64,000 nt of DNA from Takakia lepidozioides (Eukaryota > Plantae > Bryophyta), in contig CM060731.1 in NCBI GenBank assembly GCA_030704615.1, forward strand, positions 12,090,001 to 12,154,000, read 5' to 3'. The notes below the pieces were generated by a model. It was not told where the DNA came from, did no database searches, and saw only the letters and a list, made by a program, of their open reading frames with translations. Both the position numbers and the translations under genes were made by a program. Numbering within the stretch: the first letter of the stretch is position 1; each line of letters opens with the position of its first letter. Positions 25,101 to 35,388 of the stretch are shown piece by piece.

Positions 25101-28100
25101 ACCACTGAAAGGAAAATACCAAACCCCTAATGTTCCACAAAATCAAGTGCTTTATGCAGGCCACTCAGCACTTCAGGTCATAGGAAGAGCAGATCTGCAG
25201 CTCCTCATGCTAAAGGCAGTGACAAAGGCTAAGTGGAAGGGCACAGAAACTACATTCGAGTATGTGCATGTACTTGATGTCAGACTAGAAGGATGCTTTA
25301 CCTTGTTGGAGGAAAGCATATGCCGCAAAAGGTCCAGGCTGGCAAAGACCTCTTCCAGTTGATAGCCACTGGCCGATCGCTGCAGCATGCGCAGGAGCAG
25401 CACCAGGATGCCACTATGCTCACACTGCCCTCACCACACCACTTAACCATTCAGCCAGCTATTTCATTTTACCAGGTGTCTCTAACAATAACTCAACTGG
25501 TTGCGTAGCCCATGGTTTAAGACCAGAGCCACTAACATCATGAAGGCACTTCTCAGGAAACCATAGGTATGTCTTTGAGGCACCTTTGAGGGTACGGAAA
25601 ATCCTTGCAGGAAAGTTTTTGGAGGCCAGGTCTTGAGCATTAATTTGCTTCATTTTTGGCTGGATTAATAGATCCTTGCCATATCCCCACCAACTTACTT
25701 TCCCTTTAAAAGCATATATCCATGTGCAGATGAACATACATCCACTGCCCTTAACTCCTAGTAAAGGCTGCTGAAGGCTCCCCCCAACCATCACTGGTAA
25801 GGGACATGTGGCTCAAAATACAAAATTATGCAATATTGTCGCAGTGCTGCAATCAAGAAACCATTGAGCCAGACATGTGGATGACAATACCCCTAGATTG
25901 GCCTTTATAATGGGATTACATCTCCTTTGCTAAAATAGTAGTACTACGTTCATGTGATGAGAGGAAATGAAATGGTACTTTACAATGTCCGTGGGGAGCT
26001 CAAAGAGCTTATGGGAGTAGAAATGAAATGAAATGAAATGGTACTTTATAACGTCCGCGGAAAGCTCATAGAGCTTATGGGACAAAATGGAAACACGAGA
26101 GAGTAGAGAAAGAAATAAACACAAAAGAGAGAGGGGCCCTCCACAAGCAGCCCAAAAGAAACTATAGTTCCACGGTCTGTTTTGAGGGGAAATGAAATGA
26201 AATGAAATGGTTCTTTATGACGTCCGTGGAGAAAGAAAGATACTAAGTAACTTCATACAGTCAGGGTGGGAACCCTTGGTCCATGTGTCAAGCAGAACAA
26301 AGAAGAGTAAGAAGGGGCCAAAGAAAAGATTTTGTGACAAACTAGAGGGACAAATGAAATGGTACTTTATAGAGTCTGACGAAAGCTCAAAGAGCTTATG
26401 GGAGAGGCGGAAGAAATGAAATGAAATGGAACTTTATAACATCCGCAGAAAGCTCAAAGAGTAAAAGCAAGAAACAGGAAAAAGAATAAAAGACAGAGTG
26501 AAGCCAGAAGCAGCCCACTATTGCTCAAGGGATTGTCTAAGAGTAAACGCCTCATGCAGGAAAGCTGCCAAGCAATTCTGATCCTCATAATGGAAGACCT
26601 CTATAAGAGATTGGGTATCGTGGAATACACTTTTGAATCTCCCATGCATCTCATAGTAGAAAGGGCAGTGAAAGAATTGTGAAAGAAACTCATTATATCT
26701 GCGGGAAGCTCAAAGAGCTTATGGGACAAAAAGAATGCAAGAAACAAGAGCCTACACAAGCCCAACATCTACTCTTTCATTGAGATTTACTTTTTTGGAC
26801 ACAGAAAGAAGAGAAATGAAATGAAATGGTGCTTTATAACGTCCTATGAAGAGAAAGCACGAGAGATTCACCTCCCAATGAACAAGACTGACGTTTCCAT
26901 CCACCACCCTCAGGATGCGTCCGTAGGTACCAGGAGGAATAAGCAAGCCTGGGGCATCAGGAACCTGAAGGGCAACACAGGTTTGCACCATGTCTTCTCT
27001 CTCGTGAATCACAGACCCTTCTGGATGCTGATACAAGGAGGTTATCTTGACCATCTTGTAGAGGAAATCATAACTGCAGCAAAATGCAGCAATCACCATC
27101 ACTAGGATACATCCTCGAGAATGATAACAGGATAGCGAGCCATGTACAGCCATCAGACCTCCAGCAATGTAGACTCTTGGGAATTATGTTGAAAAGCATA
27201 TCCTCAGACATTACCCAGATGTCCACTTTAATATTTCTTCCAAATGCAGAAAGTTATCTTCAGTCCTCTGGAGCCATTCAATCAAGCTAGTCAAGATGAA
27301 ATTTATGAGGCTACTCCCGCTGAAACATTTAAGCTTTAGTTTGACAGCACATGCAATACAAGGTTCTATTTTCATACACAAGCATGATCTGAAAGGCTTA
27401 CACGCATTCAGCTGGCCATGCTCCTTTGCACTGAGCAGCCAGCAGACGAACCAGGAACAACGTTTGATATGGAAAAGACTCCCTCAGAGAGAACAGAAGG
27501 CTCCGAATCGGCCCATCAATCACACTATCTCGGTCCCAGAGCTCCAAGCATAGAGCTTCCTGCCAAACAAAAGAAAGGCAATTCAGTCTATTCAAAATAT
27601 TCAGAAGTATCCTTACAAGAGAAAAGGAGATTTATCGTGGGGAAACAAAAAAAGAGAGAGGGAAACAGACAGACAGAAGAGAGTGCCTAAGCAGTGAAGA
27701 GACTGCCTAGGCAGCCTACAAATAGTTCATTGACGGACCACTCAATCCAGACATAGAAAGGAAAGGAACTGTACAGACCTGGCCACGATAAATTTCACAG
27801 AAAACATCAATCAGGAGATCATATCCATCAAAATCCATCTGCATACGATAATATGGCATCAGTATAGACTCAATTACTAATCAAAAACATGCTCGGCGAG
27901 GTACAGGATATCGAACTTTTTAATCACAAGCTTAATGTAGAGTAGGGAGAAAATGCTGCAAGCACCTTTACGACACAGAAGAAGGAAACACATCGCTGCA
28001 AGAACTTACCTGGCTAGCAAAGTCATAAGCTGCAAGAAATGCTGCTGTCAGTGTTTTTACCACACTCTTATACCCACCAACTTGGACCTAAGGAAAACAA

Positions 28101-31100
28101 ACAATAAGTTTGTCAGTCTAGGAGCATGCAGACCAACATGGCCTTACTTTTCATGAACCCCTGATGACATCCTATCCCTTCCGTGGCAAAAGTCTGCATC
28201 TCACCCAAATGAATGTCCTTAGTTTGGACTCAACCATTCCAGTTGGGGATGGTTGTAAGTTGGAGACAGACACAAATTGCGAATGGGGGACTCTTCATGA
28301 CCAGCTGAGAATGTAAACATCAGAACAGAAACGGATCACAACCCAACTTGGAAGATACATTGTAAAGGATGCACGACCATCCATGGATATCTTCCTTCCA
28401 ACATCAATAGCAGCACCACTACCACGTGACTCACGTCAGACTCTTGAAAAGACTCGCTCTGAAGCATCTCTAGGAGAGAGCTGTATGCTCCACCGTAGTA
28501 TGCCTGCCGAACATATGCCGTATGTTCGATATCCTGCTCCCCACAAATTCTTTGCATGTTATACAATGTACCAACATCTCCATCAGCTTTACAGATAGAA
28601 CCAAGTGTCAAGGATGCCTCAAGCGTCATACAGTTTCTGTTTTCTTACCTGCACGAGGCCTTCACCCTTAGACAATCACTAGAACATTAGTTCTCATTCT
28701 TGGGTTCTGGTTTTGGTTTTCCTCTCTCATGTTTTCTTCCATTTTGTCCCAGAAGCTCTATGAGCTTTCCGCGGATGTTATAAAGCACCATTTCATTTCA
28801 TTTCCTTCACTCCATATCACAATTTTTTTTCTTCCTCTCTTGGTACCTTAGGCCCATGGAGCCTCCTCCGGACAAGAATAGTTGCCAGGAAGACAAGCCA
28901 CGCACCAATCAAACTGCAGCAACATCACGCATGGTTTCTTGTGATTTTACATTATTGTGGCTACAGCACACAATGTCTTGTGTACATTCTTGCAGTTTTA
29001 CATTATCCAGTGGGCCTTTGCAGTCCCCAATGGTATTCTGTCTTCTGTCCTACATACTTGCAGATCCTAGGCATAGAGACTCCCAATCTTGAGCGGAGGT
29101 CTCCAGCTTTGAGGACCAGATAGTGTGGCAACTTGCACAAGGCTTGGGATAATGGGATAAATATCATTGGAGAAGGGATACACAAAACCGAGGCAACTGA
29201 GGGGCAGAGGAAGGGTCGCAAAGAACAAACCTGGAGAGGGGCTTTTCCACTGATGGACGGAAGGAAAGACACCAGGCAGAGGAACGTAGCCCAGCCCAAC
29301 AAAAGCGGTGCAAATTCAGGGGCTATGGCTGGATCAAGCATTGACATTAATGAATCCAACTCCTGCACCTCTGCCACAGAAAAAGCATGCCCGCCCTGGC
29401 TGTTTCAAACCCCACAATACTGGTGTCATGAATTTTCACAGGTGACTAAAGAACATGAAAAACTGTCCAGAAGCATGGCAGCACATGTACTATTGTTCTT
29501 CTATTGTACTATTGTTTCAAAAAGATCCCACTACTGAGGCAGATAAAGATAAGTCTTCCACACAGCAGCTTACCCTTTCCAGAAACCTGTAAATACATGT
29601 CTTGAGGAACATAACTACCTATTTTGCCTACCTCCAGAGCTCTGACATTGTATCTGGGTTTACACATGCAAGTCATATCATCCTGGTATGGACACCTGAG
29701 TTCACAGATTAGAAGAATTCATAGGTTCATGCAATCCTCAAATCCACATCTGATTTCTCAAGGTTCTTACAAATGTACACATGCATACGTCAGCTTGCCA
29801 CCCACCATCAAGGTCTCCTATACTCTAGAAGGCTAGAGGAGAGGTCAGTCGCTTGAAGACAATCTAAGGTTCCCTTGTGCTTGAATAGTGTACTGATGCC
29901 TCTTTTGAGAGTGGCTCTATTAGGCTACCCACAGAAAGGGGACATGTACAGGGTACACTGAATAGAGGCAAACCTGAAAGGAATTTCTCCATGAACCATA
30001 AGCAGAAGATTCTCCAAATCCAAGGCTTCAATAAGGATAAGGAGTGCTTGCTGCTTCACATGCCCAACAAATCTCGCTGCTTCAGATGTGACAGCTAATC
30101 GTTCACCATGGCTGCTTCCAAATACAGTCTCCTGCAACAGCACCATGGGTAATCATAATTTTATGATCAGCGCTTACTACATTTTCAAAGATCTTGAAAG
30201 GCTTCATAAAGACTTTACTGAGATTCATGAACAGAGAAGCAGTAACACAACAAATGAAAGTCTCATGTCTGAAAGAAACTACCTGGAAGGTGCTTAGTAA
30301 CTCCTTGAAATGGGCTGCCTTGCATGGAGAGAGAGGTTCATAATACAATAGGAAGAGTATGTCGAGCAGCAGTGTTAGCTCCAAGGCTGTTTCCTCTGCC
30401 CAAAAGTCAGCATACTCCCGATCCTGAAATTTGAACTATCCTGTCAGCAAACTACCTCTCTCTCTCTCCGTGGACATCAAGTCTCTTTCTCTTCTCCCAT
30501 CTTCATATAAACACACCCTCTCAACACATTTGACAAAAGATTGAAAGGACTCCACATCAAGCGGACATAGAAATCAGTGACACCCCTCACAACCAACTTC
30601 TATCAAGACACCTATTTAGTTGGAGAGGAGGGGTCTCTCCCTCAATAGGCCTACACAGGCCATTCCCTGCAGTGATGATCTCCAAGTGGTTCCCTACCGC
30701 TTGGGGTCAGCCCCTCCATTCAAAGTGGGGAGTGCCATGCTCAACACTTGGGCTAGGGTATGCCCTTGTGTATAAACCTCTTCCCTGCTATACATCTTAT
30801 TTTCCAGGTCATGCATGTATATCCCCAGGGTGATTCCTGGTTGTTAACAACCACAGAACACATAATAACACTGAAACCACGAACAAATCTAACGCCAGGG
30901 AGAAAGAGAGAAAGATGGAATAAAGAATCTTCTATGTTCATGGGGGGCACCAAGAGCCCAAGGGATACAAGTACTACAGACCAAACAATGATGAAAAGCT
31001 CAAGCGCTTCATGAAGAGAGAGAGGGAATCACAAGATGCTGAGGCTGAACAGCAGACAAGCGGTCTTTGAGGTTGACAAGGGTCTTGTCCTCGAGCCCTT

Positions 31101-34100
31101 CTTCCAGGAGCTGCTGTACCTCCGCACATATTGCCTTATAAGACCTCAGCACTTCACCCTCATCCGCCACTGGCTCAGAAAGCAACAACACAAGTATTAG
31201 CTATACTAAGCTTATGCAATCTTCACATCCTCATTGGTGAGTCAGTAAACCTAAAATGCGACCCTCAACATCTCAAAAGGTTTAAATTTCAATGGGCTGT
31301 AAGGGATCCAGCACTGTGTTCAGCAGCTCAAAAGGAAAGGCCACATGTGTCCCACAAGTATCCAACACTCATGAAACAGAGTATAAACAGTTCAGGTCTT
31401 CTCAGTGCTTAAAAACTAAGTTCCCTATGCATATGCACAAAGAAATAGTCTCGACTTGATGTCTAGGGCCCATTTGGCTTCCCCATCATGTGCACGTCAT
31501 AAACTACCTCTGCAAAACAGCCAGTATATGACTAGTAGAAACAAGCGTACCCTGGAATGTAAGTAGAAGTCGAGTGCACTTCAGCAAGCATTGGCGCTCC
31601 ACGTAGTAATTCATTGCAATCTGCAACAGAGACGGCAGCATTATATACACTAGAGATGGTACTAGTCCAGTTGAAGAAATGGCTGTAGGCTCCAAAAGAA
31701 GCGCCTCTCATCACATGCTTGGGATACGATCTGCCCTGCTTGCAGAACAAGCAAGGGGGAAAAGTTTTATTTTTCTTCTCCTGCCCTTGGCAGATAGAGG
31801 CCTCTTTAGAGATTCTCCCTATAGAACAGAAGGCTGGAAGTACCTGTTGGTGGTCCATGAGGTGTTCCACATTTATGCAACACTTTGAGAAGTTCTCTGA
31901 ATCTGTTTACCTTCTTTGTCCCTTGGGTCCTTTTTTCTCTCTGGACATATCTTTCTCTCTTTCCGCGGACGTTATAAAGTGCCATTTCGTTTCATTTCTT
32001 TTTCTCTCTTTTGTTGGGGACCGCACTACTTCATATCATTTCAGTTCCTTCTTCTTTCTTACACAGCAGTACCACAGCATGGCAATATGAATTTTCAGTT
32101 GCAGGGGACTATACATCATGTCATGGTAGGGTCCATATTACTTGCACGAAGCATCTGCATAGACGATGATCTGGTGGGCAGGCTCCCAAGAACATTTGGG
32201 TTATAACCCAAGATCCCAACCGCACCTCAAAACATTACAGCACCCCAAAAAAGTGTAGATGATAGTTGCAATAATAACACATTCCATTTTTTGTAGCAAG
32301 CAGACTCACACCAAGATCTAGATGATATCTGCTGCAATTTCCCAAGGAAAAAACTTAATCCCAATAAGATCCATGAACCGGAAACTTACAGTTTGCAGAA
32401 AAGGCCGGTCAACATGAGACGGGATCTTTGCTCCAGATTCGAAGTATCTGCTCAAAAGTATGTATGTTTGTACCTCATCCAAAACCTGCGATCAAAGTAA
32501 CAAACTTGACATAGTTAGGGATATATGAGAAAAAGACCAGATGCCAGATCTGTAGAGCATTGGATAATTTCCTTTGTCATACATATTGCTTGTGAATTGC
32601 AGGACTACCCTGGGAGACGCAAAGCACAGACTGACGGACAGGCACATGTAAAAGAGGAAAAGAGAAAAATGCTTGAATATTTATGTGGATGTGTAAGGGA
32701 CAGCAAAAACGAACCAGATGACTGCTGACTTGGTAAGAAAGATTCTGCAACTCAGGTTTAACCTCCAAGGAATGGCTGCCCACATCAATCCTGGATGAGG
32801 ACAAGGCAGCCTTTGAAGCAGCATTGGGTGCCTTGAAAAACGCCAGTGTGTTCAGCAGCCATCCATGGTGTGTCCTCAATTTTTCAGCCTGAATGCAATA
32901 GAGATTGTCAAAGTATATTTCTTGAAGAGGTTCTCTACAACATCAGGGTGTCCAAACATATGCCCTACCCAAAGGCCACCTGCCACACCATATGGCCATG
33001 CAAGCAAGCATATGGTCCTGAAACACTACAGAAGTCACAATCTTAAGCTAAGACTCACCAAAACTAGATAGTACAAATAAATCCCCTGACTCATCATATA
33101 GGACCAGCATGGACACAAGGATGTGATCTTTACTGTATCATGCAGCAGTGAACCACAAGTTAAGTAGCACCTGACAATAGCAAGTTAAGCTAAAAGAGAC
33201 TTGGTTGAAGATTGACACATCATTCAGAATTTAGGGTTTAAGATTCAGGGTTTAAAGATCAACATGTCACAATTTTACTCTACATTTGAGACAGAGTCAC
33301 TGTGACCTTGACATAATCACTGTCGACACATTCTGGACACAAAGGAACAGTAATGCTCTACAAAATATACTGCAGACTGCACACAATCCAACTTAACCCT
33401 TGTTTGGTCTCCCCGTACATGTGAATTACTAGAGCCTCTTCTTACTCAGCGGTAGCACACAGAGGGATTCTCAACAGATGCACTTGAGTTTGGCTTTGCA
33501 TCAAAAAGGGATGTTGCATGGTACGATGGTCAGAGATAGATGGCATTGTATCCTGGGCAGGCATTGTCACAACAGCAACTTGAAATGGATTGGAATGAGT
33601 TTGTCTGCCGAGCAGGCCAAGATTGCCTATGCCATCTGGGGGACATGGCCTTGCATGCTTAGGTGCTACTCATACCCTTTTGCCAGCTTTGATACTAGAC
33701 ACCGTGCAGCAGTTGCCACTACAAAAACCTCCAGCTCCAAATTTCTTAATCCTTGATCTGTCTCTACTTTGGTGCGGCATCAGTTATAATTCCAACAAGA
33801 CTAGTATCCTCACAATGCTGTCCCCAGCTATCTGTCAGCCAGTTGAATAAGTCGATGAACAAGCACTAATGTCATGATCCTCTCAAAAATCATGATGGAT
33901 TATTAGAAAGGCCTTCCCCCTCCAATCAGTTCAGGCTTGAAAGAAAAGTCCTCCTAAACATGTGCATTGCTAATTCCTCAAAAGCATACGCTTAGACATC
34001 CGTTCAAGATAAAAAAGGAAACGCAACATGTTTCAAGCATTCATCACATTGTAGGAAATACAGCGCGGACTTGTGCAATCATTCACGTGCTTGCCGTCAA

Positions 34101-34636
34101 GTTATCGACTTACACTAGTACTCCAATTGTAGTGTCTGATTACGACCCGGACTTGTAAAAGGAATCTCTCTCTTATGAGGCGCACACAGCCGCACTCTAA
34201 TTTGTGAAAATATTTCAACTCTGAGCTGTGGAGAGCTGTAGGGAGACAACAATCCATTGACACGGAAGGTCATGAGTCTCGATGCAAATGCATGTGCAGA
34301 TAAGGAGCGCGCCTAGCCAACCATGATGCATATACTCAAATTTCAAGAATTTCATCAACCACAGAAGACTTCCAAATTGACAACTGGACAGAAGAGTAGC
34401 ACCAAGGCTACGCGAAAAGGAAAGCAAAATATACACACCAGGCCAGCGTCGCTCTCAGACAGCTGCCGGGCCTCAGTCTCAGAGAGGGTGTCTCTCTCTC
34501 CCTCAAGCGAAACAGACGCATCCCCAGACCCGCACTTGTCCAGCGTGTGAAACAAGGCCGTATGTGAATCCCACCACAGTTCTGCACTCACTGTTCGCGA
34601 AGCTGCTCGCTCGATTGCCAATGCCACGCTCGCCAT
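4135..34636 (-). CDS. NUP188: Nucleoporin NUP188-like protein, multi-exon gene (~2070 aa)
   Basis: Phase-consistent exon chain built by hand, in transcript order: 34439-34636, 32715-32888, 32390-32485, 31551-31620, 31033-31169, 30283-30423, 29974-30131, 29231-29399, 28435-28533, 28010-28087, 27779-27838, 27402-27559, 26872-27073, 25302-25424, 24528-24613, 24079-24189, 23826-23894, 22845-22933, 21448-21596, 20913-21065, 20265-20387, 19843-19950, 19248-19355, 17221-17334, 16633-16790, 9574-10120, 9025-9132, 8367-8425, 7513-7924, 6557-7327, 6031-6327, 5019-5630, 4700-4901, 4135-4217. Total 6222 nt, ending in TGA. Motifs recognised from plant Nup188: LDEVQTYIL, YYVERQCLLKC, LISDLYHHLRGELEGG, HFPELPAPEVLHSLQ, EKALYLEVCV, and the terminal SLKRIVSLAYP. 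Confidence 0.88.
4506..4552 (-). mobile_element. LINE family B 3' tail (5'-truncated)
   Basis: Matches the family B terminus GAGCTTTCCGCGGACGTTATAAAGTACCATTTCATTTC (with variants). Flanked by GAGAGAAA on both sides. Confidence 0.7.
8520..8772 (-). mobile_element. LINE family A 3' fragment (older subfamily) inserted in a degenerate family B tail
   Basis: Homologous to 10619-10880. Imperfect 14-bp TSD: ctaatgggataaga / cttacgggataaga. Confidence 0.8.
8801..8915 (-). mobile_element. LINE family B 3' tail
   Basis: (GAAAT)n-GGTGCTTTATAACGTCCGCGGAAAGCTCATAGAGCTTATGGGACAAAA followed by the B 3' UTR. Near-identical to the reverse complement of 28705-28805. Confidence 0.8.
10619..13643 (-). mobile_element. 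5'-truncated non-LTR retrotransposon, family A (RTEX-like): APE endonuclease C-terminus, RT and CCHC finger
   Basis: Perfect 15-bp TSD GAAACAAGAAAGAGA at 10604-10618 and 13644-13658. Endonuclease motifs IVDY and SDHFLV. RT motifs KAGGPDGI, NYRGITLL, QAGFR, DVKKAYD, QGCTLSPLLF, FADD, YLGV. Zinc finger CPLC..H..C. One frameshift near 12740. Confidence 0.93.
10625..12685 (-). CDS. LINE ORF2 reverse transcriptase portion (686 aa uninterrupted, downstream of a frameshift)
   Basis: Full set of non-LTR RT motifs plus a C-terminal CCHC. The upstream frame 12664-13643 encodes the end of the endonuclease and the linker. Confidence 0.85.
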   Translation of the reverse strand: MEAIEHLNGYKAGGPDGIVNELIKHGGDPMIEALVLLFNLIWKTEMIPFRWRQGVIVNLYKKGDREEPGNYRGITLLNAVGKTFCRVISTRLEVDLESRGCFHEGQAGFRRNRGCVDHIFTLSQIIQGRKKEGKPTYVFFLDVKKAYDTVWRDGLWFRLWSCGIKGKMWRVVHNLYAHTKSCVTVNGQKSNFFDIDQGVAQGCTLSPLLFNVFINQLLEDVESEGFGLRVGDTTIPALMFADDFAGIGETPTNLQELIDCAKRFFDLWGLEANVSKCAVVAFNDRGEGGSDLKWQWGSQEIPVLPSYTYLGVEFSSNCNWDAHIRKVVQTGKGKALGLTKFFHCRGVNSEVKKTMLCRVIRPALEYGSAIWVDNSNQAKSLESIQVGVLKECMSACSKTANVAVRGEFGIPSLSSRRDEFKVRWWGQLQHMPNTRYPKLIDSISWKQDRPVKQAKSWQKRVEEILKDLDLDPQVVTLLDKSDLEAVVSSAMSVAMRLSDENEVRQKTSLNLFPVCEVGEDILDDLKGLPTLGTRLKFKLRAGSLPLNSKQKQRGKGECNCPLCGQSEDSIHFLIHCPGFSHQRDALFKSIKGIVPVPLFTNFESLEAEPKAQALLRPSFWANHTQQIDACVKGFLEDIWKTRINSLYGGKSYYQRQPLTEVGSVPFVPAQTGRGVNGHKATANNVL
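13893..14440 (-). mobile_element. LINE family B 3' fragment containing a ~50-bp family A tail (14108-14159, + strand)
   Basis: B tail, the HNLRIETGRWENLQREDRL motif, and an upstream part homologous to 23550-23630. Confidence 0.75.
14440..16524 (+). mobile_element. Heavily deleted near-full-length family A LINE (ORF1 remnant, APE endonuclease, RT 3' pieces, terminus)
   Basis: APE motifs GTFNFSGL, ICAGQETW, GYRWFG, GVGFFV and FVGCIYMP at about 14915-15262. Segments 15270-15590 and 16115-16524 align to the 10619 element. Ends in TTATGAGTACATTCT. The 5' boundary is approximate. Confidence 0.72.
15600..16115 (+). mobile_element. Ty1/copia internal fragment (GAG-pre-integrase region) embedded in the LINE remnant
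   Basis: NLLSV, LWHRRLGHVS, CKGCLEGQQHR..FPKDGG and IHSDVYGP motifs. No LTR. Confidence 0.8.
17615..18062 (+). mobile_element. Two tandem LINE family B 3' fragments
   Basis: IETGRWENLQQEDRL..IETEDYFFFCCPLYYEIR. Two (ATTTC)n tails, at about 17825-17842 and 18047-18062. Confidence 0.8.
18395..18653 (+). mobile_element. LINE family B 3' fragment
   Basis: Aligns to 17745-18060 and ends in TTTCATTTCA. Confidence 0.75.
21754..22175 (-). mobile_element. Young 5'-truncated family A LINE copy
   Basis: About 3 differences from 10619-11033 by eye. Perfect 15-bp TSD AGGTGTCCCAACAGA at 21739-21753 and 22176-22190. Confidence 0.92.
23128..23630 (-). mobile_element. LINE family B 3' fragment (best-preserved ORF end)
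   Basis: FRVGSHNLRIETGRWENLQQEDRLCPPC..ETEEHFFFYCPLYYEIR..HEALTLRQSLEQ*, then the 3' UTR and tail. Confidence 0.85.
23722..23786 (-). mobile_element. 65-bp family A LINE terminus
   Basis: Perfect 18-bp direct repeat TTTCATGCAGAGAGAATG at 23704-23721 and 23787-23804. Confidence 0.88.
25962..26846 (-). repeat. Cluster of about 7 co-oriented LINE family B tails
   Basis: Repeated GAAATGAAATGGT(A/G)CTTTATAACGTCCGCGGAAAGCTC units at about 25962, 26020, 26190, 26350, 26413, 26690 and 26813. Confidence 0.85.
28630..28805 (+). mobile_element. LINE family B 3' fragment
   Basis: CTGCACGAGGCCTTCACCCTTAGACAATC..AAGCTCTATGAGCTTTCCGCGGATGTTATAAAGCACCATTTCATTTCATTTC. Confidence 0.8.
31959..31998 (+). mobile_element. 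Minimal LINE family B tail
   Basis: CTTTCCGCGGACGTTATAAAGTGCCATTTCGTTTCATTTC within a pyrimidine tract. Confidence 0.7.
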
Positions 34637-35388
34637 CTCTCTCCCACTTTGAAAAACCTGACGCAAATCACAGATGCCCTGAGATGCTCAAGAAACCACC
34701 TTTCATGGTCAACAACGGCTATCCTCTTGCGGCAGAGAAGCTGCAAGGGTGCACCGCGAAGCGGGAAGCAGCTTGACGACGAAGTTCCCTTCTCGTGAGA
34801 ACTGTGCCCATCAGACGCTCCCAAAGGCCAAATGGTTTCCAGTTCAAATCCTCATAGCTACCACGACTCCAAAATTAATGAGTAACTATATCGGGAAGAG
34901 AAGAGGCCGTGCTGATGATGTATTTGGCGGCATCGCTGGCGGAGGAGATGTGGTGATGATTTTTAAATTGGGCTGGTTTCTCGTTTTCTAATCTGAGCAA
35001 CAGGTCCCCTTATATACATATATATATATTCCAATGCATCTAGTTATCACTTACACAAGGAGCATGTTCCCCAGAGATTTTCCATGGGAACGCCGGATAA
35101 TATGTGAAAACCATGTTCTAATAAGTATTCTGCTGGATGGTTGGAAGTGTTATAAATCTCGGGTTTCAAGTTCAACTTGTACAAACGGTGCCATGCAGTA
35201 TAAGAATTCAAAATCTTCTTTGAATACATGTATGGATCTCTGATCTGGATCCAACAATGAAAATCGCAACACTGAGTGTTCCTTGAATCCTTACTGAATG
35301 TCAGAAACGTGGGCATTCAAAATGCCCTTCCAATGAGCTTCCAATGCTTGGACAAGTTTGAATCCTTGAGCTAGATCATGAATTCAGT

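Noticed and set aside
25962-26846. CRISPR-like repeat-spacer array
   Set aside because: Eukaryotic intron, irregular spacing, no cas genes; the repeats are LINE 3' tails that extend into RT-ORF sequence.
33228-33256. Interstitial telomeric repeat
   Set aside because: Only about two degenerate TTTAGGG-like units.
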